Assembly: GCF_963676685.1 (NCBI RefSeq)
Contig: NC_092352.1
Span: forward strand, 24,056,001-24,120,000
Direction: 5' to 3'
DNA length: 64,000 nt
Source: Mytilus edulis
Taxonomy: Eukaryota
Below are positions 27,121-39,916 of this stretch, piece after piece. A program made the position numbers and the translations under genes. How positions within the stretch are numbered: position 1 is the first letter of the stretch; each line of letters starts with the position of its first letter. The notes below the pieces were generated by a model. It saw nothing but the letters and a program-made list of their open reading frames with translations, was not told where the DNA came from and made no database searches.

Positions 27121-27929
27121 TTAGGGGTTGTCGTTTTTTTATGTGTTGCATATTTTTTTTTCTTTTATTTTTTGCAATGTTTACTTAAATTAGGCCGTTA
27201 GTTTTCTCTTTGAATGTTTAACATTGTCATTTCGGGGCCTTTTATGGCCGACCATGCTGTATGAGATTGCTCATTGTTGAAGGCTGTACGGTGACATATT
27301 GTTGTTAATTTCTGTGTCATTTTTGTCTCATTGGGAATCATACCAAATCTTCTTTTTTTATATATTGTTACGCCATCTATCTATTTTTATATTGTTAAAG
27401 ACTGAATGTTGACTTTTTACTGCAGACTTGAGAGTAAAGCTAACACCTATTAATTTTTAATATTCTTTATGCTGAGTTTCTGTTTCATTCATATACATAT
27501 ATATATCACATCAACTGTTTCATGTTCAAACATTAAACATTATTATACCAGATTAAAAAATGAGACAATGTTTAAGTGTGAAATAGATTTTCCATTGTGG
27601 AAATTTTGAACATAGACAGCTTTCAGAATTGATGCACTTCTAATACGTTCTATTATGTGTTTTTTTTTTCATTTTCAGGTTAAGTCCCTTAATGCATTAA
27701 TGATCATAGTCAAAACTGATCCCCATCTTAACCTTCCTTTTTTTTTAACTTGCAAAATTCTTATGTATAGTTGAGACTTCTACATCATTTTATAGCTATA
27801 CATGCATCTCATAATCTATAGTCGTATAGATGTACATTAAAAAGCATTTTCAATAAAACAATACAACAGTGTATTTAAACAAAAAATATGATTTAATTAC
27901 GTAACATACATGATACAATATGCATGTGC

Positions 27930-27933
<4 letters not shown>

Positions 27934-28003
<70 letters not shown>
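27934..28003. repeat. (TA)n microsatellite
   Basis: About 35 TA units. Confidence 0.95.
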
Positions 28004-28008
<5 letters not shown>

Positions 28009-29081
28009 GAAACAACATGAACAACAAGCTTAGGGTTGACATCAAAAGATCGATGTAGGATAAAAAACTTAAATCAAATAGTTTGGGGGTGGGGGTCAAC
28101 ATTGCTGCAAGTTTTGTTTATCTAAAATCGATTTTACATATATCCCTATTGGTCAATCAATTTTTCCCAAATTAAGTTAAGAGGGGGGTGTGGGTGTCAG
28201 TGAAAAAACTATGTGAATTAAGTTTTTTATCCTTCATTGAACTTTTGATGTCGTCCCTTAACCCACATTAAAATTCAATTACATTTTATAAACACAGTTA
28301 AAAATAGATATCTTTAACATAAACATGATAAATGAACTGCATGTATTTACAAAATGTACAATCAGAATAAATATATATCACAGTTGGTGGAATTAACAGT
28401 ATATCACAGTTCTTGAAAATAAGGTATATAACATGTTAAAACTTTATCACAGATGTTGATTTCATGTATACAGGATTGGTTAATACCAATCACTCAACTA
28501 ACTGTCCAGAAACTGTTGTCAAAGAATCAGTAACTGAAGATTAAACAAAGGTATGTTAAGAAGGGCATCCTGACCTGTAAAGAAATATAGACAGTTCCCA
28601 TGTATAAAGCTGTATCAGTTCTGAAACTGCCAGTAAAATAGTTGCATGTACATGTACAAACACTTTCTTTAAAATAAATGATTGGAAATAACTGTTTGAC
28701 AGTAAATAAGTTTTAAAGTGCAAGTGTAGGGAGAAACATTTTTCTGTGGTAATTCAAATTAAAAATATTCTATTTTCCCACTGTCCACCACTAATCCAGT
28801 TATAGCCATCCAGTTTTTAATTTTTTTTTTAATTTTAATCGATGGCATTTTTTTTTAGGTTTTAAAAAGTTTCCAGTATTATAGATAGGAAATCACTTTT
28901 ATAGAAAAGATGGGAGTTTTTCTGTTTATCACATTTCTTACCATGCTTTAAATATTAAATTATTTTTTAACATTGCTATAAGTACAATGTATGTTTCATA
29001 AACCTACATTTAAAAATATCTTTTATAAATAAAAATTATGGGGTGTTCATGTTACTATTTTACTGGCATGAAAGAAAGACA

Positions 29082-30975
29082 TCACAGTTTCATCTCTTCC
29101 AGTGGCGAATTCAGTGGTTCACTGAGGTTCCGGTGGTTAAAAATTGAGAAGCAGCGAAGGCAGACATTCTTCGCAAGAGCAGGTTTTGTGCAACACCTGT
29201 TGTGTACCCACTGATCACAAGCATCACACTGAAACCAGGATATATACTTGTCCTTTTGAATAGGTTTAGGTGGGTCAATGCTACCACAGGTATTGCACAA
29301 AATCTCATCAGCATCATTGATGGTATCAGAGACGGTGTCCTCATAAGTCATTGTCATTTTCAACGTCATTCCCCTCCTCCAGCCTCTGAAAACATGTAAG
29401 GAATTGTCCTTTGGCTGTCTTGGCTGTCATCGTCCGTCATTTCAATCACCACTGGATCGACGTCTTCGTCTCTGCTGCCATCAAGTTTCCTGAGATTTTC
29501 CTCAAACTCCCTTTCCACGTAAGTCTCAAATTAAGCTCAGCGCTCCGCATTGATATGGGACTTGGCCTCCTCAAAAAGCTTGATAATGTCTTTTTTCTTG
29601 CAACTAGAATTTAATCTAGCTACATAGCCTTTTAAGTAAGACCAAACCATTTCGATGGGATTGAGCTCACAATGATAAGGAGGTGTGCGTAAAATCTCAT
29701 GGCAATTAGCTGATGCAAGGTCATCTATTATATACCTAGGTTGAGGCTATTTTTGCTTCACTAAATCAACCAGCTCGGCCTTTTTCATTTTCTTACTGAA
29801 AAAACTGTACAATGCTCTTCTCCAGCCATGCCGAGATCTCTGACTTGTTGCTGCTAGTGTCTGATACCCTTGAGTCAGAATCTAAGTGGCTGTGATACGG
29901 AGCATTGTCCATTATGATTACATACCGAGGAGGCAGTTTAGGGAGTAGTGTATTTCTGAACCACTCTGTAAAGTGCTCCTTATTCATCTCGTCATGATAA
30001 TCAGAACTGTTGGTTTTCGACTCAAATATAAGACCACATCCGGGGATTATGCCTTGTTGAGAGGAGCCAACATCTAAGATTATCAATCTAGTACCCTTGC
30101 CAGAAAGTACTTTCCGATGGGTACCTTTACAGTGGGGCTCAAAGACATGGACGTGCTGGGAACATCCAGCCAGCCATCAAGATGTATAGATGATGTCTTT
30201 CAATACTGAAATGTGTATTTAATGCAGATAAATATTTCATTACTTCAAGTTGTATAAGTGTTTCAGATTTTGGAATCAATGATTTTTATGTTGTTTGTGC
30301 TGTATTTAGACACCTAACAAGAAATTGGTTTGCATGCACACGTACAGAAATAGAGGTTTTTATGCAACGCCCCATATATAGGTTTGAATGAGCCTGTCTG
30401 TTTTCATGTTTGAATTGTTTTACAACAATTGTGATTCAGGAGCCTCTTATAGCTGAGTATGGGCTTTGCTCATTGATAAAGGCCGTACAGTTAATTTTTG
30501 TGTCATTCTGGTCTTTTATGGAGAGTTGTCTCATTGGCCCACATCTTCCTTTTTATATTCGAAAGTTTTTTTTCAATTTAGACTGGTGTGTATATATAAT
30601 TGATAATTAAGCATGTAAAAAGAGATGATTTAAGATGCATGTTCTACAAAGCAATGGATTAAGTCCAAACATAATGAATGAAATTAATTACCAAAACCCC
30701 AGTAAACGCACTGTTCTCGACACTGTTGATATGGAAACGTCAATGTCTTTCTTTTTCAGAGCTTGCTGCAGTCTTGGCATGGTCACTGACTGGGATTTCT
30801 TGTGCAGATCATAGATAGTCCTTCTCACCACACCTTTGTCGAAATCATCAAACTTCTGGTTTTTCTTGACGTTTTCTGGACAGCAGCCTTATGAACTGCC
30901 TTCACCACATCCTGCACAGCATCATCGCTGGCATCTGTATGGACATATCTTCTTAATGTAGTTGGTTTAATCCCT
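29082..30975 (-). pseudogene. IS630-Tc1-mariner transposase pseudogene (Sailor-like long DDxE spacing) with downstream PHD finger
   Basis: DYHDEMN, IIMDNAPYHS, LRTPPYHCELNPIEMVW; 253 nt between the second D and the E; then CNTC...WFQCDACDQWVHNRC. Confidence 0.75.
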
Positions 30976-33180
30976 AAAATTTCAATTGTCCATGTATTTC
31001 AGCATATAACATAAAAACGATAGAAAAACTTGTATATAATTGTATAGAGTGTATTCAAGGTGATTGGGGGCATGTATTTATCTTCTTGTTTGCATAATCA
31101 TAAAAAAATGTTCGAATTGCATAGCTTGACAATATATTTCAAGTTTTCTTATCCCCACTTAAAAAAATTATACATTTGCCCCAATTACATTGTTTGAAAT
31201 TTATCATTTTAATATACACGTAATTCATTTAAAATTACTATATTCGGTGTATGTGGAAGGATAGGAATGGAATTTATTTCCAATGGTACACATGACCCTT
31301 GCATCCTTTTCATGTTTAATTGTTGATGTGTATTTACAGTGAGCTGTAATACCTGTAAATGTTGCTGTTGATGCCTTGACCTCAAGATCCCAACGATTCA
31401 GGTCTCAAACAAAGTTTGTCTGCTTTGAAATCATAATTGTTGATTTTTTATGCAAATAATTTTATTTCTTAATAAGATTTTTTTTTTAAAGTTAATTTTA
31501 CCTGTTGCCTTCACTAATCTTTTAATTGGATTCTGTATTGACCATGTCTTATTTTTCTCCTTTTCTGTTAAAAAAACTGGAAAATTTTCCTTAATAGTTC
31601 TTTTGTCTGAAAAAAAACCCATGTACATATTACCAAAGGGGAGGTAATCCATAGTAAGAATGGGATGTGATTTTTCTACTTTATTCTTGTAAGTTCCAAT
31701 TTTAAAAATGCAGAGGCTTTGTTAAAATGACAGTGTACAAAGATTACATTATGTAGTTATGTATATAATTTATGTTATTGTGTAATGATTTTTGTATAAA
31801 TGTTTTCTTTCATTAACCAATTTTTAAGGTGTTTTTATAATTGCAAGACACTGACATACTGTATGGCTTTCTTAATCAACAATTATCATTTATACATTAT
31901 TGTTGTATAGTAGTATATAGAAGTTTTTGTTCTATTGTAGCTGTGAAATTGATTTAAGGTACCACATTTTTAGAAAAATTTAAATAATTTGAAAGATTTT
32001 TGCTTTAAGCACTTCTTGGTGATATTTATATTGTAATTTTGTGAGTATATAAATAATTGTATTATTCTGGTAGCTGTTAATACTTGCATAACCATCAGTC
32101 ATATTAGGCGGTCAGGATAATAACTTGTATTTCAATTGCTCTGAAATTGACCACAATGTTTAAAACAACAAGTAGAAGATTTGGATTCATTTTAGGGGTT
32201 ATAGGGCCAAAGTTTAGGATTAGAGGGCCAAAAACAAGCATTTTTATAGTTTCCAGATAATAATGTGTGTGTAATTGTATGGATCTCTCTAAAATTGTAC
32301 CAAAATGTTCCATTTAACAAAGAAGAGGCTCAGATGGAGTTTTTTGTTAATTGCTTAAAATATGTTGGAATTAGGGGCCAAAAAGAAGCATGTTGTTAGT
32401 TTCCAGACTTGCGTGTTTTAAGTTTTAAATAAATATGGAAACTCGTATCTTCTCAGTCAGTCTGTGTGTTTACTCTGCCTGCATGGTTGTTCAACACTTC
32501 GTACTTAATACATTAATCACACATCATACAATGATATACTTTATTTATCCACAAGCAAATGTGTGGGATTCTATCGGTATCTCGGCCTCATAGCAGGGAG
32601 GGTTCTAGTCCAAATAATTATGACGTCTGGGAAGGCTATTCTAAATGCTTGCTTTGACACCCTTCTGCGACTATGTAAGGCGTCAAAAAAAGATCTATCA
32701 AGACGTGATAGTTATTTGAACTAGTAGGTATAAAAAAAAGATGTGGTATGATTGCCAATAAGACAACTCTCCACAAGAGACCAAAATGACACAGTAATTA
32801 TCCATCAATGAGCAAGGCCCATACCGCATAGTCAGCTATAAAAGGCCCCGAAATGACAATGTAAAACAATTCAAACGAGAAAACAAACGGCCTTATTTAT
32901 ATAAAAGAAAAAGAACGAAAAATAAATGCGTGACACATAATTAAACGACAACAACTGAAATACAGGCTCCTGACTTGGGACAGTCACGTATACATAACAA
33001 CAACAAAAAGACACGAGGAACAGATTTGAGAGTACTCTCAGTTAATTGACTTTACTTAAAGTCACTTAACAACTATTAAGAAAATCATGCATCTAACATG
33101 CACTAAATGGGTTCATAATTTAGGTTGTCATATTTATTCACCGGCTCCATCAACAATCGTTTTTTCAGGACTGACACTTA

Positions 33181-33363
33181 AAAGAGGGACGAAAGATACC
33201 AAAGGGACAGTCAAACTCATAAATCTAAAATAAACTGACAACGCCAGGGCTAAAAATGAAAAAGACAAACAGACAAACAATAGTTCACATGACACAACAT
33301 AGAAAACTAAAGAATAAACAACAACACGAACCCCATCAAAAACTAGGGGTGATCTCAGGTGCT
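33181..33363 (-). repeat. inverted partial pLTR at the 5' side of a PLE insertion
   Basis: Reverse complement of 34427-34606. Confidence 0.85.
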
Positions 33364-34606
33364 TAAAGTTTCACTCATACATGCATCATTTTGAAATTCC
33401 AAAGATCTTTTAGAGTACATACAATCTAACTCTCTTTCATCTTGTAACAGTATTAAAACATTTGACTTTTCTACTCTTTACACAAGTATTCCACAATCCA
33501 AACTAAAAGACAAATTGAAAGAGTTGGTATTACTTGCTTCATAAAAAAGAATGGCCAACGTAGATACAAGTATCTTGTCTTAGGGAGGGATAAATCATAC
33601 TTTGTAAAGAATCACTCTGATTCAAACAACAAATTCTCTGAAACCGATATTATCAAGATGCTTGATTTCTTGATTGCCACATATTTGTAACGTTCGGAGG
33701 ACGTGTTTTTCAACAGACTGTCGGCATCCCATTGGGAACAAAATGTGCCCCTCTACTTGCCGACTTGTTTCTTTATTATTATGAGGCTGACTTCATGCAG
33801 GAACTTCTTAGGAAGAAAGATAAGAAGTTAGCAATATCCTTTAACTCTACTTTCCGCTATAAAGATGACGTTCTTTCACTAAACAATTCAAAATTTGGTG
33901 ACTATGTGGAACGCATCTATCCCATCGAATTGGAGATAAAGGATACTACAGATACAGTTAAGTCGGCTTCATATCTTGACTTGCATCTAGAAATTGAAAT
34001 GAGGGTCGGTTGGATGATTTCAGTTTTCTAATTGTGAACTTTCCATTTCCAAGTAGCAACATTCCAGCAGCACCTGCATACGAGGTATATATCTCCCAAT
34101 TGATACGATATTCCCGTGCTTGTATTTCCTATCATGATTTTCTTGATAGAGGGTTACTGCTCACAAGGAAGCTAATAAACCAAGAGTTCCAAATGGTGAA
34201 GTTGAAACCATCCCTTCGTAAATTTTACGGACGCCATCACGAGTTGGTTGACCGTTATAGAATAACCGTTTCACAAATGATATCGGATATGTTCCTTACG
34301 TCGTAGCTACAATCCCCTTCCCGTTCATGAATGTGACCTACCGAATTAGACTATTTACCGGATTTGTAATCACATAAGCAACACGACGGGTGCCACATGT
34401 GGAGCAGGATCTGCTTACCCTTCCGGAGCACCTGAGATCACCCCTAGTTTTTGGTGGGGTTCGTGTTGTTTATTGTTTAGTTTTCTATGTTGTGTCATGT
34501 GTACTATTGTTTTTCTGTTTGTCTTTTTCATTTTTAGCCATGGCGTTGTCAGTTTGTTTTAGATTTATGAGTTTAGCTGTACCTTTGGTATCTTTCGTCC
34601 CTCTTT
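33364..34606 (+). mobile_element. 5'-truncated PLE (RT pseudogene to 34306, plus pLTR)
   Basis: FDFSTLYTSIP, GIPLGTKCAPLLADLFL, FRYKDDVL, YLDLHL, ISQLIRYSRAC; frameshifts. Confidence 0.85.
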
Positions 34607-35870
34607 TTATACCCCACGCAACGAAGTTGCGGAGGGTATAGTGTTTTTGACCCGTCCGTCCGTCAGTCCTGTTTCTTGTCATCGCAACTCCTCTCAAACC
34701 ACACAACAGAATTTCACGAAACCTTTTCAGATAATAAGGACATACTATGTAGTTGTGCATATCGACGGGAAATTGCGATTCAATTTTTTTTCTAGGAGTT
34801 ACGCCCCTTTGAACTTATTTACTTTAATGTATTACTGCAACAGTTTGTCATCGCAACTCCTCTCAAACCACACAACAGAATTTCACGAAACCTTTTCAGA
34901 TAATAAGGACATACTATGTAGTTGTGCATATCGACGGGAAATTGCGATTCAATTTTTTTTCTAGGAGTTATGCCCCTTTGAACTTATTTACTTTAATGTA
35001 CTACTGCAACAGTTTGTCATCGCAACTCCTCTCAAACCACACAACAGAATTTCATGAAACTTTGTAGATAATAAGGACATACTATGTAGATGTGCATATC
35101 AACAGGAAATTACGGTTCAATTTTTTTCTAGGAGTTACGCCCCTTTGAACTTATTTACTTTAATGTATTACTGCAACAGTTTGTCATCGCAACTCCTCTC
35201 AAACCACACAACAGAATTTCACGAAACCTTTTCAGATAATAAGGACATACTATGTAGTTGTGCATATCGACGGGAAATTGCGATACAATTTTTTTTCTAG
35301 GAGTTACGCCCCTTTGAACTTATTTACTTTAATGTATTACTGCAACAGTTTGTCATCGCAACTCCTCTCAAACCACACAACAGAATTTCACGAAACCTTT
35401 TCAGATAATAAGGACATACTATGTAGTTGTGCATATCGACGGGAAATTGCGATTCAATTTTTTTTCTAGGAGTTATGCCCCTTTGAACTTATTTACTTTA
35501 ATGTACTACTGCAACAGTTTGTCATCGCAACTCCTCTCAAACCACACAACAGAATTTCATGAAACTTTGTAGATAATAAGGACATACTATGTAGATGTGC
35601 ATATCAACAGGAAATTACGGTTCAATTTTTTTCTAGGAGTTATGCCCCTTTGAACTTATTTGCTTCAATGTACTTCTGCAACAGTTTGTCATCTCAACTC
35701 CTATGAAAACACACAACAGAATTTCATGAAATTTTGTAGATAATAAGGACATACTATGTATATTGACAGGAAATTATTATTCAATATTTTTTCTTATACT
35801 TATTTAATTTCTCCAATGACAATGTGGGGACGTGGGGTATGTGAGCGTGCTCACTAAGGTTCTTTAATTT
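34604..35870 (+). mobile_element. Helentron-associated non-autonomous element (HINE/DINE-like) with internal satellite
   Basis: Subterminal IR ATACCCCACG (34609-18) / CGTGGGGTAT (35831-40), 5' hairpin CGCAACGAAGTTGCG, (GTCC)n tract, 3' hairpin GTGAGCGTGCTCAC, T-rich ends. Confidence 0.75.
34677..35790. repeat. ~168-bp tandem repeat, ~6.6 copies
   Basis: Unit begins TTGTCATCGCAACTCCTCTCAAACCACACAACAGAATTTC. Confidence 0.95.
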
Positions 35871-37846
35871 TTTGAATATTTCTGTTACGCCGGAATGAAC
35901 GTGTCTTCCGATGTACTTTTACTCAGAAAAAAATCAAGATTGCGAAAAAAACATTTGTCCGTGAGAAGTTCCAGATTTGTATATTCTAGCACACGATGTC
36001 AAATACATGGGGTTATTAAAATCTTTTAGTTTTCATTTCCAAAACAAACAAAAAATACGAAAACATAATTTTTTACCCTTGTAAAACAATAAAAACACAA
36101 TAAGTCCTGTGCTAAATAAACCTCAACAGTTCGGTCCCAAAAGAACACGTCATTTTAGGGAAACCCGATTAGTTCGCTGCCTAGCAATTTTGATAAAGCT
36201 TTAATATACGATATTTTAAATTTGTGTTTGAATGCACACAAGTGGTTCTAATATACTGTGTATTTGAACGGAAAACACACCATCATTAGCTGCGCCTGTT
36301 GTCCTGTTTAGTGTGGAGCTTTTTGAAAAAACCAAGAGTGGTACCGAAGCAAAATGAAACATTTTGCAAAGTTAGATCATCGGTGCCTTACGTGATCATA
36401 TAAACATAAACACTAATGACTTCTTTTCGTCTATTTGTCTCATTTTGTGTCACACTGTCTGCAAACAAAACGCGGACAAAAACCCGATAAGTCTGTTACC
36501 ATTCTACACCGTGATATTTTGATTTAGAGAATCGCCCCTTGTAATTTCTAATAGATGGCACAATTTTCTTTAAAGCAGACGTATAATTCAATGAAATGTA
36601 ACATATTAGTTTCACTGAATTTAAACCCCCGAACTACCTAAATAATGTTATAGGTTATAAAAGCGTTTACTATGCGCACATACAAAATGTACTTCTGTCA
36701 ACGCTTTTAAGTTTGAAGATGAACATAGTCTGCTGCTTTTGATATTGAATTTACATTATCAAAATCCAAAACTTATATTTTTAGTAATAAAAAATTATTT
36801 TGGAGATTTAAATGAAATTTCTAACAATTGTTAAATTTTTATAATGGTAAAAAAATCAGTTTTTGAATAAGTCATGAGACAAAATACATGTTTCTGTTTG
36901 CTATGTTGTAGCATTACTATGAGTGTATGCAATATTTAAAAAAATAAATCGGTGTCATGCTGTTTAAAAGTGTTGTTGCTGATTTCTTAGTACCTTGTGC
37001 CTGGAAATACATAGTCATCTGTAGTATTATTATTACATAAATCAAATTTACAAATATCATCATCTATAATTGTTTCCATTATACTTTTCAGTTTACCATG
37101 TTTACTAAGTAATTGTTTCAGTGCATGAATTTCGGATATTTTTAACAATAGCAAAATTTGAAAGATTGGTTCTATTCAAATTAATATAAATGTTTATTTC
37201 TGGATTAAAATTTTGAAGAAGGCACTACACAAGTATCTAAATTGATTCTTATAGCAACTTAAAGGACATAAAAACCAATTCAATATAGTTCTGAATCTTT
37301 TTAAATATTTTTTATCCCCCAAAAAAGGATCACTGCTTCAATAGTTATCAAAGGTAATAATATACCGGATCATCGCTTATTTTCTGTAACATATTGCAGT
37401 CCATAAGGAATCAATATTGCAATGTTTGCCTCTAAATTTGAGAAGAAAACATGTCATCTATTATATGAAGTCTTAGAATCTTCTTAAAATTTAAAAACAA
37501 AATGAATTTACATGGTAATTCCACATAATATCTTATAGTTGTAACAAATATCAATAGAATAATGCAAGTTTGGTACAGTCATTAATTTCTGGATGTTGGT
37601 ACATGATGTAATTTGGATGCATATTTTTTTTCAGATCGGCATCCAGATAAAATTTAATTAATATTTGTATGAAAAACTTTTTAAAGATAGATTATTTACT
37701 TTCACTTTCCTTATTAAATTATTGAGTGACGAAGTCGCATGTATTGACCAAAATGTTATAATATTAATTTATGCGACACTAAAGATTTCGTCTTGCTTAC
37801 TATTTGATTCGAGACTATTTATACTTGTCTATCCCAAATTCATGTA

Positions 37847-38064
37847 CTGTAAACCAACTTATTTTCGCGGATACTTTATTTCGCGTTTAGCCCTTTCGAT
37901 TCCATTTCGCGGTAATTTAAATTTGCGATTTTCTAACTAACTTCATGTAGTTAAATAAGGAAAGATGCAAGTTTTACATATTCGCGACGATTTAAATTCG
38001 CATTATTTTTCTACTTGCGAAAGTCGCGAAAATAAATCGCTCGCGAAATTTAGTTGGTTTACAG
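37847..38064. mobile_element. Tc1/mariner-type MITE
   Basis: TIR CTGTAAACCAACT/AGTTGGTTTACAG, TA TSD; the empty site CCCAAATTCATG|TA|TTTGG is seen in the paralog near 20380-20400. Confidence 0.85.
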
Positions 38065-38859
38065 TATTTGGTTTTGATGTTATATTTGTTTTTCTCGTGG
38101 GATTTTGTCTGATGCTTTGTCCGTTTCTGTGTGTGTTATATTGTAGTGTTGTGTCGTTGTTTTCCTCTTATATTTAATGCGTTTCCCTCAGTTTTAGTTT
38201 GTTACCCCGATTTTGTTTTTTTGTCCATGGATTTATGGGTTTGAACAGCGGTATACTACTGCCTTTATTTAGCTCGAATTTATTGCTGGTTAACAGGACT
38301 ACTATTTCTATAAACATTTAGTACTAATATATAATTGTTATTTAATGCCAAGACAATTTTAACAAGATTAATTAGTTGTTGTTTTATTATGGTCAATGGC
38401 TTATATTTCATGCATGTTCAAGGTGAAAACAAACATTAACAATACAATTCCATGGAATACTTTGTACATTCTTTTTTTTATTTCTGAATGTTTGACCATG
38501 ATGTTATTGACGCAATAATTTTTCATATCAGCATCCGAATACAAGTTTTATAAATATTTGCAACGAAGTTTCGTAATTTCCAAATGCCTTGCAGGGTATG
38601 GAGGAACCCATGACAAGTGTGCACCATACTAATTCTTTAGTTAAATTAAATGGTCATAACTTTTCCAATCACCAACCACAGATAACATGAAGTACCAATG
38701 TCAAATTTAAAAGGAAAATTTAGAACTGATTCTTTTTTTTTTTTTTTTTATCATAATGAAAGGTTGCAGCTAAGAAACTCCCTCTGCATTCAAAAACCAA
38801 TATACGAAAGCAACAGTAGTATACCGCTGTTCGGCTAAGAAAGACAACTAACTACCACC

Positions 38860-39916
38860 TTCAAAGGTGGTAATTAGTTTCGACAAACCCACATCGTATG
38901 GATCAACCAATTAGTGATGGAGTCCGTAAAATTTACGGAGTGTCATTTTTAATCTGTCCACCTCATAACTTTGTTGGAGCAGTTTGTGCGTTAGGAGCAT
39001 ACTACTGTATATGAAGTCCGCATCGTGTGAACATGCACGAGAATAACGTACCAATTGAGATATGTAAAACACCATACGATGGAACAGAATGTATGTTACT
39101 GCTGAGAAATGGGAAATTGATAATTTGGGAAGTTGAAATCGTCTCGTTTATCATAGATTTTCGTGTAAAGTCGTCCATCTGTGTCAATATTGAGGAAAAG
39201 ATCAAGGTATGAATCAGTCTTTCTACTATCAGTAGTATCCTTAATTTCAAGTTCACTGGGATATATGAGATGCAAGTATTTGCTGAAATATGGGTTATTC
39301 AATGATAGGACATCATCAATGTATTGGAAGATAAAATTAAAGAATTTCGCAAGGTGCTTTTTCTTTATGTCTTTTACATGTTTTAGAAGGTTCTGAATTA
39401 ATTATGACGCCCATCTTTTACTGTAGAAAGAACAGTACTTTAGAAAGATATTTAGTCGAACATTTTGATGATCCAGCTATGTAGCTTTCGTTATATGGAG
39501 TTTTCTGTAGTTTTGGTTTCCAGTATAATGATGGTAAATCCTCTTCGTTTTCTTTTATTGTAAAACCAAAAGAAAGATGAACATATTCGTGATTTTGTAA
39601 AATTTCGTCCTTGGTAAATGATGTTAACCAATATGAAGGATTAGCAGTAGTATATTTATTCCAAGCTCTGTTGTGAAACATTATGAATAATGATTTTTAC
39701 ACATGAAGACAATATTATTGGAGGCTTTATCTGCTGGAACAACGATATATTTGTCAGGCAAATAGGATAAAGCATCCACAACATCCGGATTCTTAAAAGG
39801 GTGAGTAACTATTGTGCTCATAGTACGTCGTAGTTTATGAATGCGCTTCTAAATGCATGATCGAATAACTTTGATCCATTCAGACAAAGTGTCTAGTTCT
39901 TGTTCGTATGGTTCGC
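38860..39916 (-). pseudogene. PLE RT fragment with internal deletion
   Basis: YIVVPADKASNNIVF, LPSLYWKPKLQKTPY, IYPSELEIKDTT, KIYDKRDDF. Confidence 0.85.

Noticed and set aside
34325-34378. Second SECIS after the PLE ORF
   Set aside because: ATGA and ATGTGA/TCACAT are present, but the 3' GA is missing and helix/loop spacing does not fit
34390-35469. ORFs in the pLTR and satellite
   Set aside because: By-products of repeat sequence
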